A stretch of DNA of 32,000 nt from Gemmatales bacterium. GTDB taxonomy: Bacteria > Planctomycetota > Planctomycetia > Gemmatales > Gemmataceae. The notes under the pieces were generated by a model, which was given only the letters and a program-made list of their open reading frames with translations, had not been told where the DNA came from and made no database searches. The position numbers and the translations under genes are program-made. Positions 1-9,133 of this stretch are shown here, one piece after another. The stretch spans positions 501-32,500 of the forward strand of contig JBBRPS010000015.1 in NCBI GenBank assembly GCA_038227745.1. Reading direction: 5' to 3'. The stretch's first letter is position 1, and every line of letters starts with the position of its first letter.

Positions 1-228
1 GCGGATGACTTCCATGAGAGGTTCAGACGGGCGGAACCACTCGCCGCGGATTCGGTCATCGCCGAAGCGAGTGTGTATCTGTCTTTCTTCCCGTCCATCT
101 CCTGGCATGACAGCGATGATCTCCAACAGAGCCTCGTTTCCAGTTTGGAGTGCGGATCGGCGCTTCTCTGGTTCGCCACGACCAATCTTTATATTGCCGG
201 TGCAGTTGTTGCGGATGAAGTAGATCAT
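1..228 (-). CDS. GIY-YIG / T5orf172-type nuclease-domain protein, first 76 codons only (gene runs off the left edge)
   Basis: Not in the ORF track because there is no stop in the window. Reverse-strand ATG at 228-226 is preceded by GAGGGTG. Translation MIYFIRNNCTGNIKIGRGEPEKRRSALQTGNEALLEIIAVMPGDGREERQIHTRFGDDRIRGEWFRPSEPLMEVIR fits the YFI..IKIG..R..LQTG..E..IH..F..R..GEWF pattern of T5orf172/GIY-YIG proteins. Many A/T-ending codons (AAT, ATA, ATT, CAA, ACT, AGA), unlike the rest of the window. Confidence 0.6.
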   Translation of the reverse strand, partial: MIYFIRNNCTGNIKIGRGEPEKRRSALQTGNEALLEIIAVMPGDGREERQIHTRFGDDRIRGEWFRPSEPLMEVIR

Positions 229-668
229 ACGAACACCCTCGAATCCAAATCGCATCCAACGCTTATGGCGGCGAACGCCCCAGGATCAGCTGCAGGCCGC
301 GCTGCAGCACAGAATCCCTCGCGGAGGCAGGGTGGCGCGGCCTGTCAGCTGTATCGGCTGGTTCGGCTTGGCCACCTGCTACCGGCAGACCGATCCGAGG
401 TGTTCCAGCGCTACCGGACGGAGGGATCGACCGTGCGGCGGCGGTGGCCCACTTGGACTCGGGGGAGCCACGGTCCCGCTTGTGCCGCGTCGGGGGCCGG
501 ATGGTAACGACTGGCCCACCGTCCGCGTCCCGCAGGGTGAACTACGCGCCTTCAAGGGGCGCGTGACACCTCTCGGAATCGGCTGCCGCAAGCAAGGCGG
601 TCAACCGTGAGACGAACCGCCACGCGCCTTTTAGCGATATTGGCGATCCGCCAAGCCGAACTGGTGAG

Positions 669-806
669 TATGCTGACCGGCCGGTCAGCATATGACGCCC
701 TGGTCAGCATATCCTAGTCCCGGTCAGCCTATCCCGGTGCCGGTCAGCCTATTCCGGCCGTGCCGGTGAGCCGACCACCGCCCCGGTCAGCCTATCCCGG
801 GTCAGG
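669..806. repeat. Iteron-like array: perfect 24-bp palindrome followed by 5-6 direct copies of GGTCAGC(C/A)TAT(C/T)C at about 20-bp spacing
   Basis: TATGCTGACCGGCCGGTCAGCATA (669-692) is its own reverse complement. GGTCAGC cores start at 683, 702, 722, 742 and 785, with degenerate copies at 765 (GGTGAGC) and 800. Spacings are 19, 20, 20, 23, 20 and 15 bp. The region is non-coding. Confidence 0.75.
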
Positions 807-968
807 GTCCGGCAGTCGGCCACTGCGGTCGGCCACGCTGCCTCTCACTCCCATTGAACACTGCCTCCCCCTCTCTGACAAGGACCGTTGCACCCTTTTG
901 CTTTTTTTCTTGACGCGTTACCAGCTTAGCGCTTATGAGAGGTAAGCCGCAAGCGGCCAGATAGCGCC

Positions 969-2420
969 TCAGTTCCGCACCGCTAACTCCCGGAAGGCGC
1001 CGCACACCAGCGGCGCCGTCTCCGGGCCGAGGCTGTTGCCCTCGCCGTACTGCGCCTTCTTGCGGCCGTAGCAGAACGGCGGCCGCTCGTCCCACTGGCG
1101 CTTCGGAATGATGTACCCGATCTCGTCGTTGGCCAGCCCGATCAACATGCGGTGCGGGCCGCGCAGCTGCTTGTAGACCGCCGGCTCGACGGGCGCCTTG
1201 GGGAAGTCGGCGCCGGCGTTCGGCGGATCCTGCACTTTGTCGAGCACCAGTTCGGGATAGATCTCACCCGGGATCGCCGCCACGTCCAGTTCGCCGAGCC
1301 GCAGCAACGCCACCTCACTGCGGATGCACAGCCGCGCCTTGGCGTCCGTCTTCGCGTCGGCCGGTTCCGCCTTGTTAGAGTCCCCGCGCCACAGGAACGT
1401 CTGCCGCTTCAGGACGCCGACCCGCGCGGCGATCTGGTACTGCTTGTTATCGACCGGCAGGAACAGCAGCCGCGAACGCACCTCCACCGGCGTCAGGCGC
1501 AGCGGCTTCGCGCCCGCCAGCGCCCTGTCCGCCAGTTCGCCGACGAGCCGCCCGTAGCGCTCGGTCTTCTCGAACGTGCCGTCCGCCAGCTTGTTCCCCT
1601 TCTCGTCCTTGACTTCCAGGTGGAGTGATGTCATCAGGCCGCCCACCGTGCCCGACAGGTACACCACGGGGCAGTGGTGCTTCCGCTCCAGGTGGCCGAC
1701 GGTGTAGCCGACGAAGTCGGCGCTGACCTCGGTGTTCTTGCTGTCGAGCGTCTCGGGGTGGCAGTTCCACTGGACCACCAGGCCGACGTTCTTCTCACCG
1801 CCCGGCTCGTGCAGCCGCAGCGCCACCAGCTCGTCGTGCTTGACGTAAGGCTCGCGGCCGTCGTGCAGCAACTCCGGCGCCCGCGCCGTCCCCAGCCGCG
1901 CCACCGCCGGCCGCAGCGCCGCCTCCGCCGCCTTGACCGCCTTGACCGCCGCCTCCTCCACGCGCTTCAGGTAAGCCTCGTCCAGGCCGTCGTCGAACGG
2001 GCTCCACAGGCCGAGAGTATCCGGCCCTTCATGGTTGTGCGTGCAGGAGACGAGAACGTAAGTGAAGCCCGGCAGCTGGCGCCGGATGCGCTCGGTCGGT
2101 TCGTGGAACAGACCGACCAGGTCGAGCGAGACGAGGGCGACCTTGCGGTCGGCGTGGCGCAGCACGACGGCGCGGGCCTTGAGCGGGTCGTGGACCTTCG
2201 TGGCCTTGCGGTTGCGGCCGAAGCCGGCGAGGTAGACGGGTTTGTCGCCGACGGCGGGCGTGATGTCGGCCTCGCCGAAGCCGGCGTCGAGGTCGGCCTT
2301 CACCTTCTGAGGAGTGGTGCGAAGCCCCACGGCACAGACATCGATGAGCACAATCCCAAAAGACAGGAAGACGTAGGCCAGGAAGAAGAACGCCGTGAAC
2401 CGATTCCTCGCTGCCCTCAT
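969..2420 (-). CDS. Membrane-anchored neutral/alkaline ceramidase-like hydrolase (N-terminal-domain family)
   Basis: 483-aa ORF with GC-rich third positions and an N-terminal TM/signal anchor (FTAFFFLAYVFLSFGIVLIDV). GFGEADITP...YLAGFG...HDPLKARAVVL...VSLDLVG...CTHNHEGPD resembles the ceramidase N-terminal-domain family common in planctomycete annotations. The family call is from memory of the motifs. Confidence 0.6.
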   Translation of the reverse strand: MRAARNRFTAFFFLAYVFLSFGIVLIDVCAVGLRTTPQKVKADLDAGFGEADITPAVGDKPVYLAGFGRNRKATKVHDPLKARAVVLRHADRKVALVSLDLVGLFHEPTERIRRQLPGFTYVLVSCTHNHEGPDTLGLWSPFDDGLDEAYLKRVEEAAVKAVKAAEAALRPAVARLGTARAPELLHDGREPYVKHDELVALRLHEPGGEKNVGLVVQWNCHPETLDSKNTEVSADFVGYTVGHLERKHHCPVVYLSGTVGGLMTSLHLEVKDEKGNKLADGTFEKTERYGRLVGELADRALAGAKPLRLTPVEVRSRLLFLPVDNKQYQIAARVGVLKRQTFLWRGDSNKAEPADAKTDAKARLCIRSEVALLRLGELDVAAIPGEIYPELVLDKVQDPPNAGADFPKAPVEPAVYKQLRGPHRMLIGLANDEIGYIIPKRQWDERPPFCYGRKKAQYGEGNSLGPETAPLVCGAFRELAVRN

Positions 2421-2732
2421 GACAGACTCCCTCCGCGCCCACTCCTCGATACCCTACGCCGGCACCAGGCCGGTAGGATCCTATGCCCACGCCGTCGCGC
2501 ACGCAACCCTGGCCTGGCCCGCCGTGTTCTCCTCAACGCGGGAGTCTGACCCAGGCGCGACGCGCCAGCAAGGGGCAGTCCTGTCTCCCATCCCCTTCAA
2601 GAGGCTGACTTACAGAGTGCAGCGTGGGCAAGGTTCCAGCGCGCCGCCGGGCTGGTCCCGGCGGTCACGTCTCTCAGCGAGGGGTTCGAGGACATGAACG
2701 CCGCGGCTTGTTACAGGGCCGTGCGGCGGGGC

Positions 2733-2777
2733 GAGAAAGGAAACGACCGCCGTGAGGGCATCGCCCCCACGGCGGTC
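2733..2777 (-). terminator. Candidate intrinsic terminator after the DUF164 gene
   Basis: Perfect 10-bp stem GACCGCCGTG (2745-2754) / CACGGCGGTC (2768-2777) with a 13-nt loop, 36 nt past the stop. On the minus strand it is followed by GTTTCCTTTCTC. Confidence 0.5.
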
Positions 2778-2812
2778 GCGCGCGCCAGACGCCGGAGACA
2801 TCGCCCGCCGCG

Positions 2813-3517
2813 TCACGGCCCCGGCACGTACAGGATGCGGCCGCAGCTCTTGCACTCGACGAACTTCTCGTCCAGCAGCTCGTTGTAGTTCTGCGAGGTC
2901 ACTTCCGTGTAGCACGACGAGCAGACGCGGCCCTCGATGGCGGCCAGGGCGTCCTCGCCGCGTTTTTTCGAGACGCGGTCGTACATCTCGCGGATCTCGG
3001 CCGGCACGTTTGCCTCCACCTCGGCGAGCTGCCCCAGCACCTTCCGCCACTCCTCCGCCAGCGCTGCCAGCCGCGGCACGCTCTCGCTCTCGTATTGCGC
3101 CGCGTCCGCCTTCGCCTCCTGCACCGCCTTCTCCAGCGCCGGCAGCAGGTTCGTCTGGTCCTCGACCGCGCCCATCGCCTCGAGCATCTCGTCCTCGATG
3201 TGCGACACCTCCTTGCGGGCGTTCTCGATCTCCAGCTTGAGAGCGTCGTACTCTTTCTTGGTGGACGCGGTCTTGAATTGGTCCTGGTACTTGGCGGCCT
3301 GCTGATTCTTCGTCTTGAGCGTGACCTCTTCCGCGTGGACCTTCACCTTCGCCTTCTTCAGGGCCTCCTGCGCCTGCCGCAGCGCTTCCTCGTGGTTGGC
3401 GATGCGGGCCTGCTGCGCCTTCGACTGGCGCGGGCCTTGCTCGACGCGAGTCTGCAGGTCCTTGGCGTGGCGTCGCAGTCGGTGAATCTCGCGCAGGATC
3501 GCGGCGGGGCCGGCCAT
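2813..3517 (-). CDS. Coiled-coil / C4 zinc-ribbon protein (COG1579, DUF164 family)
   Basis: Start moved to the ATG at 3517, 8 nt downstream of GAGGAGG. Long heptad-like K/E/A/Q-rich region, then CSSCYTEV...ECKSCGRILY zinc ribbon at the C-terminus. The ORF-track N-terminal extension (to 3583) has no RBS. Confidence 0.85.
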   Translation of the reverse strand: MAGPAAILREIHRLRRHAKDLQTRVEQGPRQSKAQQARIANHEEALRQAQEALKKAKVKVHAEEVTLKTKNQQAAKYQDQFKTASTKKEYDALKLEIENARKEVSHIEDEMLEAMGAVEDQTNLLPALEKAVQEAKADAAQYESESVPRLAALAEEWRKVLGQLAEVEANVPAEIREMYDRVSKKRGEDALAAIEGRVCSSCYTEVTSQNYNELLDEKFVECKSCGRILYVPGP

Positions 3518-3549
3518 CGTTGTGGCCTCCTCGCAGTGAGGCCGCGGGG

Positions 3550-3577
3550 AAGCCCACGGGTGGCAACCCGTGGGCTT
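3550..3577 (-). promoter_or_regulatory. Perfect 12-bp hairpin in the leader of the DUF164 gene
   Basis: AAGCCCACGGGT (3550-3561), loop GGCA, ACCCGTGGGCTT (3566-3577). It lies 32 nt upstream of the 3517 start and just downstream of the rpoD terminator. Confidence 0.35.
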
Positions 3578-3603
3578 TGGCATTCCCAGGGGACCGGGAA
3601 ACG

Positions 3604-3637
3604 AAAAAAGGCCGCCGTCCCTTGCGGGGCGGCGGCC
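3604..3637 (-). terminator. Intrinsic terminator downstream of rpoD
   Basis: Minus strand reads GGCCGCCGCCCC-GCAA-GGGACGGCGGCC: a 12-bp stem with one mismatch and a GNRA tetraloop. It is followed directly by TTTTTTCGTTTCC and starts 6 nt after the rpoD stop. Confidence 0.7.
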
Positions 3638-3642
3638 TGGTG

Positions 3643-5298
3643 TTACCGCTTCACCGAGCCATCGAGGAAGCCCTCGAGCTGTCGGCTGCGGACCGGGTGT
3701 TGCAGCTTGCGGACCGCCTTGGCCTCGATCTGCCGCACCCGCTCGCGCGTCACCTTGAAGATCCGGCCCACCTCCTCCAGCGTGTAGGTGTAGCCGTCCC
3801 CCAGGCCGTATCTCAATTTTATGATCTCGCGCTCGCGGTACGTCAGCGTCTTGAGCACCTGTTCAATCTTGTCCTTGAGCATCTCCTGGGTGGCGGCGCT
3901 GACCGGCGACTCGGCGCCGTCGTCCTCGATGAAGTCGCCGAAGTAGCTGTCCTCGCTCTCGCCGACCGGCCGGTCGAGGCTGATCGGGTGGCGGCTGATC
4001 TTCAGCACCCGCCGCGTCTCCTCCACGCTGATGCCCGCCGCCTTGGCCGTCTCCTCGATCGACGGCTCGCGGCCCATCTCCTGCAGCAGCTTCTTCGAGA
4101 CGTTGCGCAGCTTGCTCATCGTCTCGATCATGTGGACCGGGATGCGGATCGTGCGCGCCTGGTCGGCGATGGCCCGCGTGATCGCCTGGCGGATCCACCA
4201 CGTCGCGTAGGTGCTGAACTTGTAGCCGCGGCGGTACTCGTACTTGTCCACCGCCCGCATCAGGCCCGTGTTCCCCTCCTGGATCAGGTCCAGGAACGAC
4301 AGGCCGCGGTTGCGGTACTTCTTGGCGATCGACACCACCAGCCGCAGGTTGCCGCCCGACAGCGCCCGCTTCGCCTCCTCGTACTCCTGGAAACGCTTCT
4401 TCATGATCTCGACGCGCTTGCGGAGCGTGGCGGGATCTTCCAGCGTGATGAGCATGAGGTCGCGCAGCTCTTTCTCGAGGTTGGCGCGGTCCTCCTTGGC
4501 ACTGCGGACGCCGTCCAGCTCGGTGACCTGCCGTTCGAGTTCGTCCATGCGCACCGAGATCTGCTCCAGCTTCTTCATGAGCGGCTGGACCTTCTGGGTG
4601 CGGATCGACAGCTCCTCGACGAGGGTGACGGCCTTGCGGCGGCGGATGCGCAGGCTGCGGCGCAGCTTGCGGCGGTCCTCGTCGGTGGTGCGCGGGTCGA
4701 GGCTGAGGGTGAAGTCCTCGACATTCTGCTCCAGGAGGTGCTCGAGCGTCTTGAGGTTGTGCGGCATCCGCTGGAGGATCTTGTCCTTCTCGAGGTTCTC
4801 CGTCAGCGAGACCTTGACGGTGCGGTCGAACGGCAGATCGCCGGAGTGGACGCGCTTGAGGGTCTCGACGACGTTGCTGAGGGCGTAGTCGCACTCGAGG
4901 ACTTTACGGCGGAAGCGCTTGCGGGTGACCTCGATCTTCTTGGCGAGGGAGATCTCCTCGTCGCGCTTGAGGAGGGGGATCTCGCCCATCTGAGTGAGGT
5001 ACATGCGCACCGGGTCGTCGATGCGTCGGCTGTCCTCCTCGTCCATGAAGCTGAGGTCGAGTTCGGCGCGGTCCTCCTCGGGAGCGTTGGGGTCGGGGGC
5101 AGCCTCGCGCTCCTCGGCTTCGGATTCGTCGATCAGCTCGATGCCGTGTTCTTCCAGAACCAGGAGGAGCTGGTCGAGTTTCTCGGGGTTGACGGCGTCG
5201 TCAGGCAGGTAATCGTTGACCTGGCTGTACGTCAGATAGCCCTTGTCCTTGCCCGATTCGAGCAAAGTCTTCAGGCCCTCGTCGAGTTTTATGTCCAT
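3643..5298 (-). CDS. rpoD: RNA polymerase primary sigma factor (sigma-70)
   Basis: Region 2 [24 protein letters not shown], region 3 and region 4.2 [27 protein letters not shown]. Acidic N-terminal region 1. Start placed at the ATG at 5298 ([13 protein letters not shown]) behind GAGGAGG rather than the ORF-track start at 5349. Confidence 0.95.
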   Translation of the reverse strand: MDIKLDEGLKTLLESGKDKGYLTYSQVNDYLPDDAVNPEKLDQLLLVLEEHGIELIDESEAEEREAAPDPNAPEEDRAELDLSFMDEEDSRRIDDPVRMYLTQMGEIPLLKRDEEISLAKKIEVTRKRFRRKVLECDYALSNVVETLKRVHSGDLPFDRTVKVSLTENLEKDKILQRMPHNLKTLEHLLEQNVEDFTLSLDPRTTDEDRRKLRRSLRIRRRKAVTLVEELSIRTQKVQPLMKKLEQISVRMDELERQVTELDGVRSAKEDRANLEKELRDLMLITLEDPATLRKRVEIMKKRFQEYEEAKRALSGGNLRLVVSIAKKYRNRGLSFLDLIQEGNTGLMRAVDKYEYRRGYKFSTYATWWIRQAITRAIADQARTIRIPVHMIETMSKLRNVSKKLLQEMGREPSIEETAKAAGISVEETRRVLKISRHPISLDRPVGESEDSYFGDFIEDDGAESPVSAATQEMLKDKIEQVLKTLTYREREIIKLRYGLGDGYTYTLEEVGRIFKVTRERVRQIEAKAVRKLQHPVRSRQLEGFLDGSVKR

Positions 5299-5308
5299 CA
5301 AAACCTCC

Positions 5309-7120
5309 TCAGCCACCTGTTCGGTTCTGTAGTTGCCTGAGCAGCTCAAGGGCCTTGGCGTGGTCGTCGGCCGCCTGCAACTGGTTTCGGAGTTCTTGTT
5401 TCTCGGGCAAGCTGCGTTGGCGGCGGAAGCCCGCGAGGATGTCCGCCAGCCACTTCGCCCGATCCGGATTCATCTGGCCTTCCTCTTGCAGCTCCAGCGC
5501 CTTGGCGGTCAGGGCCGCGTTCTCGAGGCGCGGCCGCAGCCGGTCGAGTTCCGGCGCGACCCCCTCGGCCACCAGGCGGTAGAGCCCCTCGAGCAGTTGC
5601 CGTAGGCCCGGGTGGGCGACCTCCTTCGCCGGCACTTCCGCGGCCGCGCCGGCCACCAGGGCCGGGTCGGCCAGCAGAACCGCCAGCAGGTCGCGCTCGA
5701 GCCTGCTCGCCGGGGCGGAGCGGGGCGCCGCGCCGGGGCCCCGCGGGGCCTCCCGGTCGGGGCCGCGCTTCGCCCCCCGCAACTCCTTCAGCCGCGCCCA
5801 CACGGTCTCCTCCTTTAGACCCAGGCGCTGTGCGATCCGGGTGACCATCAGCTCCTGCTTGACCGCCCCCGCCTGTCCCGGCAGGGGCGGGGCGAGGGCG
5901 ATGACGCCGAGGACGGCGTCGACGGCCCTTCGCCTCCCCTCCACTCCGTTCGCTGCTTCCGTTGCAAACACGCGGTTCAACTTGAATTCCAGCACGTCCA
6001 CGGCTTTTGTCAAGGCCGCCCTGAACGGTTCCGGCCCCTGCTGTACGAGCAAGTCGCACGGGTCGAGGCCCTCGGGCAGCTCGGCGATCTTGAGATCGAC
6101 ATCGAGGCCGACGAAGATCTCCAGGGCGCGATCGACGCCGGTGCTGCCGCCGGCGTCCGCGTCGAAGAGGAGGATGACCTGCGGCGCGTGGCGCCTGAGC
6201 TGCTTGACGTGTCGCGCGTTGAGCGCGGTGCCCATGGTGGCCACCACGGAGGTGACGCCGTGCTGGTGCGCCATGAGCACGTCGGTGTAGCCCTCGACGA
6301 CGGCCAGGTAGCCGTCCTTGACGGCGGTGTGCCGGGCGAGGTCGAGGCCGTAAATCTGGTCGCTCTTGCTGAACAGCGGCGTTTCGCTGGAGTTATAGTA
6401 TTTCGCCGCCCCCGAGAGAGGGGAAGAAGGCAGGACGCGCCCGCCGAAGCCCACCGTTTGACCACGGACGTCCCGGATCGGAAACATGACACGATCGCGA
6501 AAGCGGTCGTAAGAGCCGTTGCCCTCGCTGCGCCGGGCGGTCAGGCCGACCTTCTCGAGCAGCTCGGCGGGCACGCCCGCCGCGGCGGCCCGCTGCACCA
6601 GCCACTGCCCCGTGAGGGGCGCGTAGCCGACGCCGAACTTGCGGACCGTCTCGCCCGTCAGGTGGCGCTCGCCCAGGTACAGGCGGGCGGCCTCGGCCTC
6701 CGGCGCGTCGAGCAGGCAGAGCTGGAACTGCTCGGCCGCCCACCGCATCACGTCAAGCATACGGGCGCGGCCCTGATTGTGCTGATCGCCGGCCGTTTTT
6801 TCTAAAGAGATTCCGGCGCGCCGCGCCAGCAGTTCGAGCGCTTCGCGAAAATCGACGCGCTCGTGCTCTTGAACAAACGAGATGACGTCCCCGTATTTAC
6901 CACAGGACCAGCACCGGTAGCGCTGCCGGCGCGGATCGACATCGAAGGACGGGCGGTGGTCGTCGTGGAAGGGGCAGAGGGCCTTGAAGGTGGGGCCGAC
7001 CGGGCGCAGGGCGATGTAGCCGCCGACGACGTCCACGATGTCGTTGGCCTGCTTCACCCGCTGGACCAAGGTTTCCCGAGTCTCCGCCACAGGGGCACTC
7101 CAGGGCAGGGGAACCGTCAA
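5309..7120 (-). CDS. dnaG: DNA primase
   Basis: CHC2 zinc finger [40 protein letters not shown] motifs [15 protein letters not shown] and [10 protein letters not shown]. Stop lies 10 nt before the rpoD start (dnaG-rpoD operon). The start is uncertain: TTG at 7120 or GTG at 7090. Confidence 0.92.
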   Translation of the reverse strand: MTVPLPWSAPVAETRETLVQRVKQANDIVDVVGGYIALRPVGPTFKALCPFHDDHRPSFDVDPRRQRYRCWSCGKYGDVISFVQEHERVDFREALELLARRAGISLEKTAGDQHNQGRARMLDVMRWAAEQFQLCLLDAPEAEAARLYLGERHLTGETVRKFGVGYAPLTGQWLVQRAAAAGVPAELLEKVGLTARRSEGNGSYDRFRDRVMFPIRDVRGQTVGFGGRVLPSSPLSGAAKYYNSSETPLFSKSDQIYGLDLARHTAVKDGYLAVVEGYTDVLMAHQHGVTSVVATMGTALNARHVKQLRRHAPQVILLFDADAGGSTGVDRALEIFVGLDVDLKIAELPEGLDPCDLLVQQGPEPFRAALTKAVDVLEFKLNRVFATEAANGVEGRRRAVDAVLGVIALAPPLPGQAGAVKQELMVTRIAQRLGLKEETVWARLKELRGAKRGPDREAPRGPGAAPRSAPASRLERDLLAVLLADPALVAGAAAEVPAKEVAHPGLRQLLEGLYRLVAEGVAPELDRLRPRLENAALTAKALELQEEGQMNPDRAKWLADILAGFRRQRSLPEKQELRNQLQAADDHAKALELLRQLQNRTGG

Positions 7121-7401
7121 CAGGTCAGGGCGCCGAGGGGTACAGGCCCTCGCGCCGTCGCCGGGTTGTTGCTGTGGTCGAGTCTGCGGAAGACCAGCAC
7201 GTCCTGGAAGGAAGGTCGGGTGGGCGACTACCCACGTCGTCGCCGTCCCCGAAATTGCAAGCTGCGGTCAGGAAAACACTTGCAAAAGCCGCTCGGCGAA
7301 TTCCCTCTCTGCCGGACGTTCGGCCTCTCACTGCCAGTCCGTCGTCGCAAGTTTAAATGGTTAAACTGCTTAAACCAACAGCACATCCATGCGCCCGGGG
7401 A

Positions 7402-7430
7402 ATTATAGCCGTCGCTCGAAAAAGAGTCAA
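7402..7430 (-). promoter_or_regulatory. Near-consensus sigma-70-type promoter facing dnaG
   Basis: Minus strand reads TTGACT (7430-7425), 17 nt, TATAAT (7407-7402). It sits in an AT-richer block about 275-305 nt upstream of the dnaG start. This assumes the E. coli-type consensus applies to this phylum. Confidence 0.5.
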
Positions 7431-7744
7431 GCTGGGCAAGGCCCGGAGCGGGGACGAACGCCGCGTCCGATCCTGTTGCCGGTGTGATGGTTAATACAAC
7501 GCCTCTACGCCGACGAGGCGGTCTGCGCGGCGTCCGCTGGAGAATCGGTGCAGCTGCCCAGGGGGCAGGGCGCCCGGGCGTTGCCGGGGCCGCGCACTTT
7601 CCGCGGACTGCGCGCGCCGCAGAGTGGCCCCGTCGGAGGCGGCCGCGGCGTGTGTTTTTTGCCGTGGCCCCTGGGACCGCTGCCGCCGCGGGACTAAGGT
7701 GGACAGGAGGTGCCGAACGCGCGACCCTTACGAGGAGTGACACC

Positions 7745-8350
7745 ATGATGGAGCAAGAGTGGCTCGCCTGGTGGGCGGCCCCGACGCGGATGCTGGAGCA
7801 CCTGCGCGGCAAGGCGAGTGACCGCAAGCTGCGCCTGTTCGCCGTCGCCTGCTGCCGCGGCCACCGGGGCCGGCTGCACGACGAGCGCAGTCGGCGGGCG
7901 GTGCTGGTGGCAGAGCGCTTCGCCGACCGGACGGCGTCGCTGGCGGAGCTGAAGGCGGCGCGGGTCGAGGCGTGGGAGGCCGCGCGCGAACTGCGTACGC
8001 CGGAGACGTGGGCCGCCGCGGAGGCCGCCGACCTGGACGCCCGCTTTGCCGCTCACACCGCGGCCGGGCAAACGGGGTGGGCCCGGCAACGGCACCTCCT
8101 GCACGACCTGTTCGGTAACCCCTTCCGCCCTTCGCGCCTGGCGCCACTCTGGCTGCGCTGGAACGGCGGCACCGTTGTGGCAATGGCGCGCGGCATCTAC
8201 GAGGGGCACGCCTTCGAGGATCTGCCGTTCCTCGCGGACGCGCTGGAAGAGGCGGGCTGCACCGATGAACGCATCCTCGCTCACTGCCGGTCCAGGCGGG
8301 AGCACGTGCGCGGTTGTTGGGTACTCGACCTCCTCCGCGGCAAGGGGTAA
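7745..8350 (+). CDS. Conserved hypothetical protein (C-terminal LADALEEAGC...HCR...HVRGCWVLDLL module)
   Basis: Start placed at ATG 7745 (MMEQEWLAWW) behind GAGGAG. The part of the ORF upstream of it is Arg/Ala/Gly low-complexity. The C-terminal motif is one I recall recurring in Gemmata and myxobacterial paralog families; the function is unknown. Confidence 0.7.
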   Translation: MMEQEWLAWWAAPTRMLEHLRGKASDRKLRLFAVACCRGHRGRLHDERSRRAVLVAERFADRTASLAELKAARVEAWEAARELRTPETWAAAEAADLDARFAAHTAAGQTGWARQRHLLHDLFGNPFRPSRLAPLWLRWNGGTVVAMARGIYEGHAFEDLPFLADALEEAGCTDERILAHCRSRREHVRGCWVLDLLRGKG

Positions 8351-8386
8351 CCCCCTGGCGGATGCGGGAGCGACTGAAGGGCAGCC

Positions 8387-9127
8387 TCACCCTTCCGGGG
8401 CAGGACCGGCAGGAGATCCAGGCGCCGCCTCACCTCCGGCTTGCGGTGCGGCGGTACGCGGTTGCGAGGGCCGCCCCCGCGCGTCTGCCGGCAACGGCGC
8501 ATCCCCGGGTGGCGTCAATCCCCCAGTTTCAACGCCTTCGCACAGGAGCTGCAAGTCGTACTGGTAGCGGCGGCGGGCCGAATGCCAGTCCGGATAGATA
8601 AAGGCGCTCAAGCGCCGCGCGCGGCCGCAGTGCGCCAGCGCGGCGACCGTTGCCATCGTGTCCCGGTGGTGGACGCACACCACCGACGGCACGCCCTCGT
8701 CCCGGCAGCAGTAGAATTGCCGCTCACGCTGGCGGGCAACAAACGCCTGAGACACCCGCCCCCGGAGAAACTCCGCGGGGTTCCTCGCCTCCCACCTGCG
8801 GACTTCGTTATCGAAGCGATCGAAGTAAGGGGCGTCCACCATGACCAGATCCAGATCGGATTCCTCCGACATGATGGTCCAGACCTTCTCCCTCGGAGCG
8901 ATACTGAAGCCGATTTGGCAACTCCCCCGCAGGTAGAGGTTCTTCGGGTGGACGCCGGTCCGCTCCGCCACGGCCTCAAGGAAGTCACCGTAGCGCCCGT
9001 GTTCCGCGAACGCCCACGGCGTCCCGCTCATCAAGTAGCAGTCCACGAGCCGGCGGGAGTTCGCCAGCGCCATCTGGTACAATTCCTTCGGCGTCCAGAC
9101 GATGTGCCCTTGCTCGTCGAACTTCAT
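8387..9127 (-). CDS. Hypothetical protein with a Pol-beta-type nucleotidyltransferase-like G-S ... D-x-D signature
   Basis: 246-aa ORF. LRGSCQIGFSIAPREKVWTIMSEESDLDLVMVD has the Gly-Ser then acidic D-L-D-h pattern of minimal nucleotidyltransferases, although the spacer is longer than usual. A further acidic cluster is CCRDEG. The start is 6 nt after the stop of the upstream zinc-ribbon gene. The low-complexity P/A/G tail uses atypical codons. Confidence 0.6.
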   Translation of the reverse strand: MKFDEQGHIVWTPKELYQMALANSRRLVDCYLMSGTPWAFAEHGRYGDFLEAVAERTGVHPKNLYLRGSCQIGFSIAPREKVWTIMSEESDLDLVMVDAPYFDRFDNEVRRWEARNPAEFLRGRVSQAFVARQRERQFYCCRDEGVPSVVCVHHRDTMATVAALAHCGRARRLSAFIYPDWHSARRRYQYDLQLLCEGVETGGLTPPGDAPLPADARGRPSQPRTAAPQAGGEAAPGSPAGPAPEG

Positions 9128-9133
9128 GGCGAA

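Noticed and set aside
541-565. 7-bp GC hairpin ACGCGCC-TTCAAGG-GGCGCGT in the left-edge patch, considered as a possible terminator.
   Set aside because: There is no U-tract on either strand and no adjacent gene end. Short GC stems are frequent by chance in this composition.
661-810. Considered whether the repeat array could be a CRISPR array.
   Set aside because: The repeat units are only about 14 nt with roughly 6-nt intervening segments (period about 20 bp), far shorter than CRISPR repeats and spacers. No cas genes are present in the window.
909-945. Plus-strand TTGACG-(17/18 nt)-TATGAG promoter-like string in the AT-rich stretch before the ceramidase-like gene's 3-prime end.
   Set aside because: No plus-strand gene or structured element follows it, because the next gene is on the opposite strand. 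The match to the -10 consensus is weak.
7121-7480. Searched the dnaG upstream gap for an rpsU (ribosomal protein S21) gene, as in the classical rpsU-dnaG-rpoD operon.
   Set aside because: No small, strongly basic ORF with S21-like sequence appears on the minus strand. The only ORFs there (for example 7125..7331) are compositionally random.
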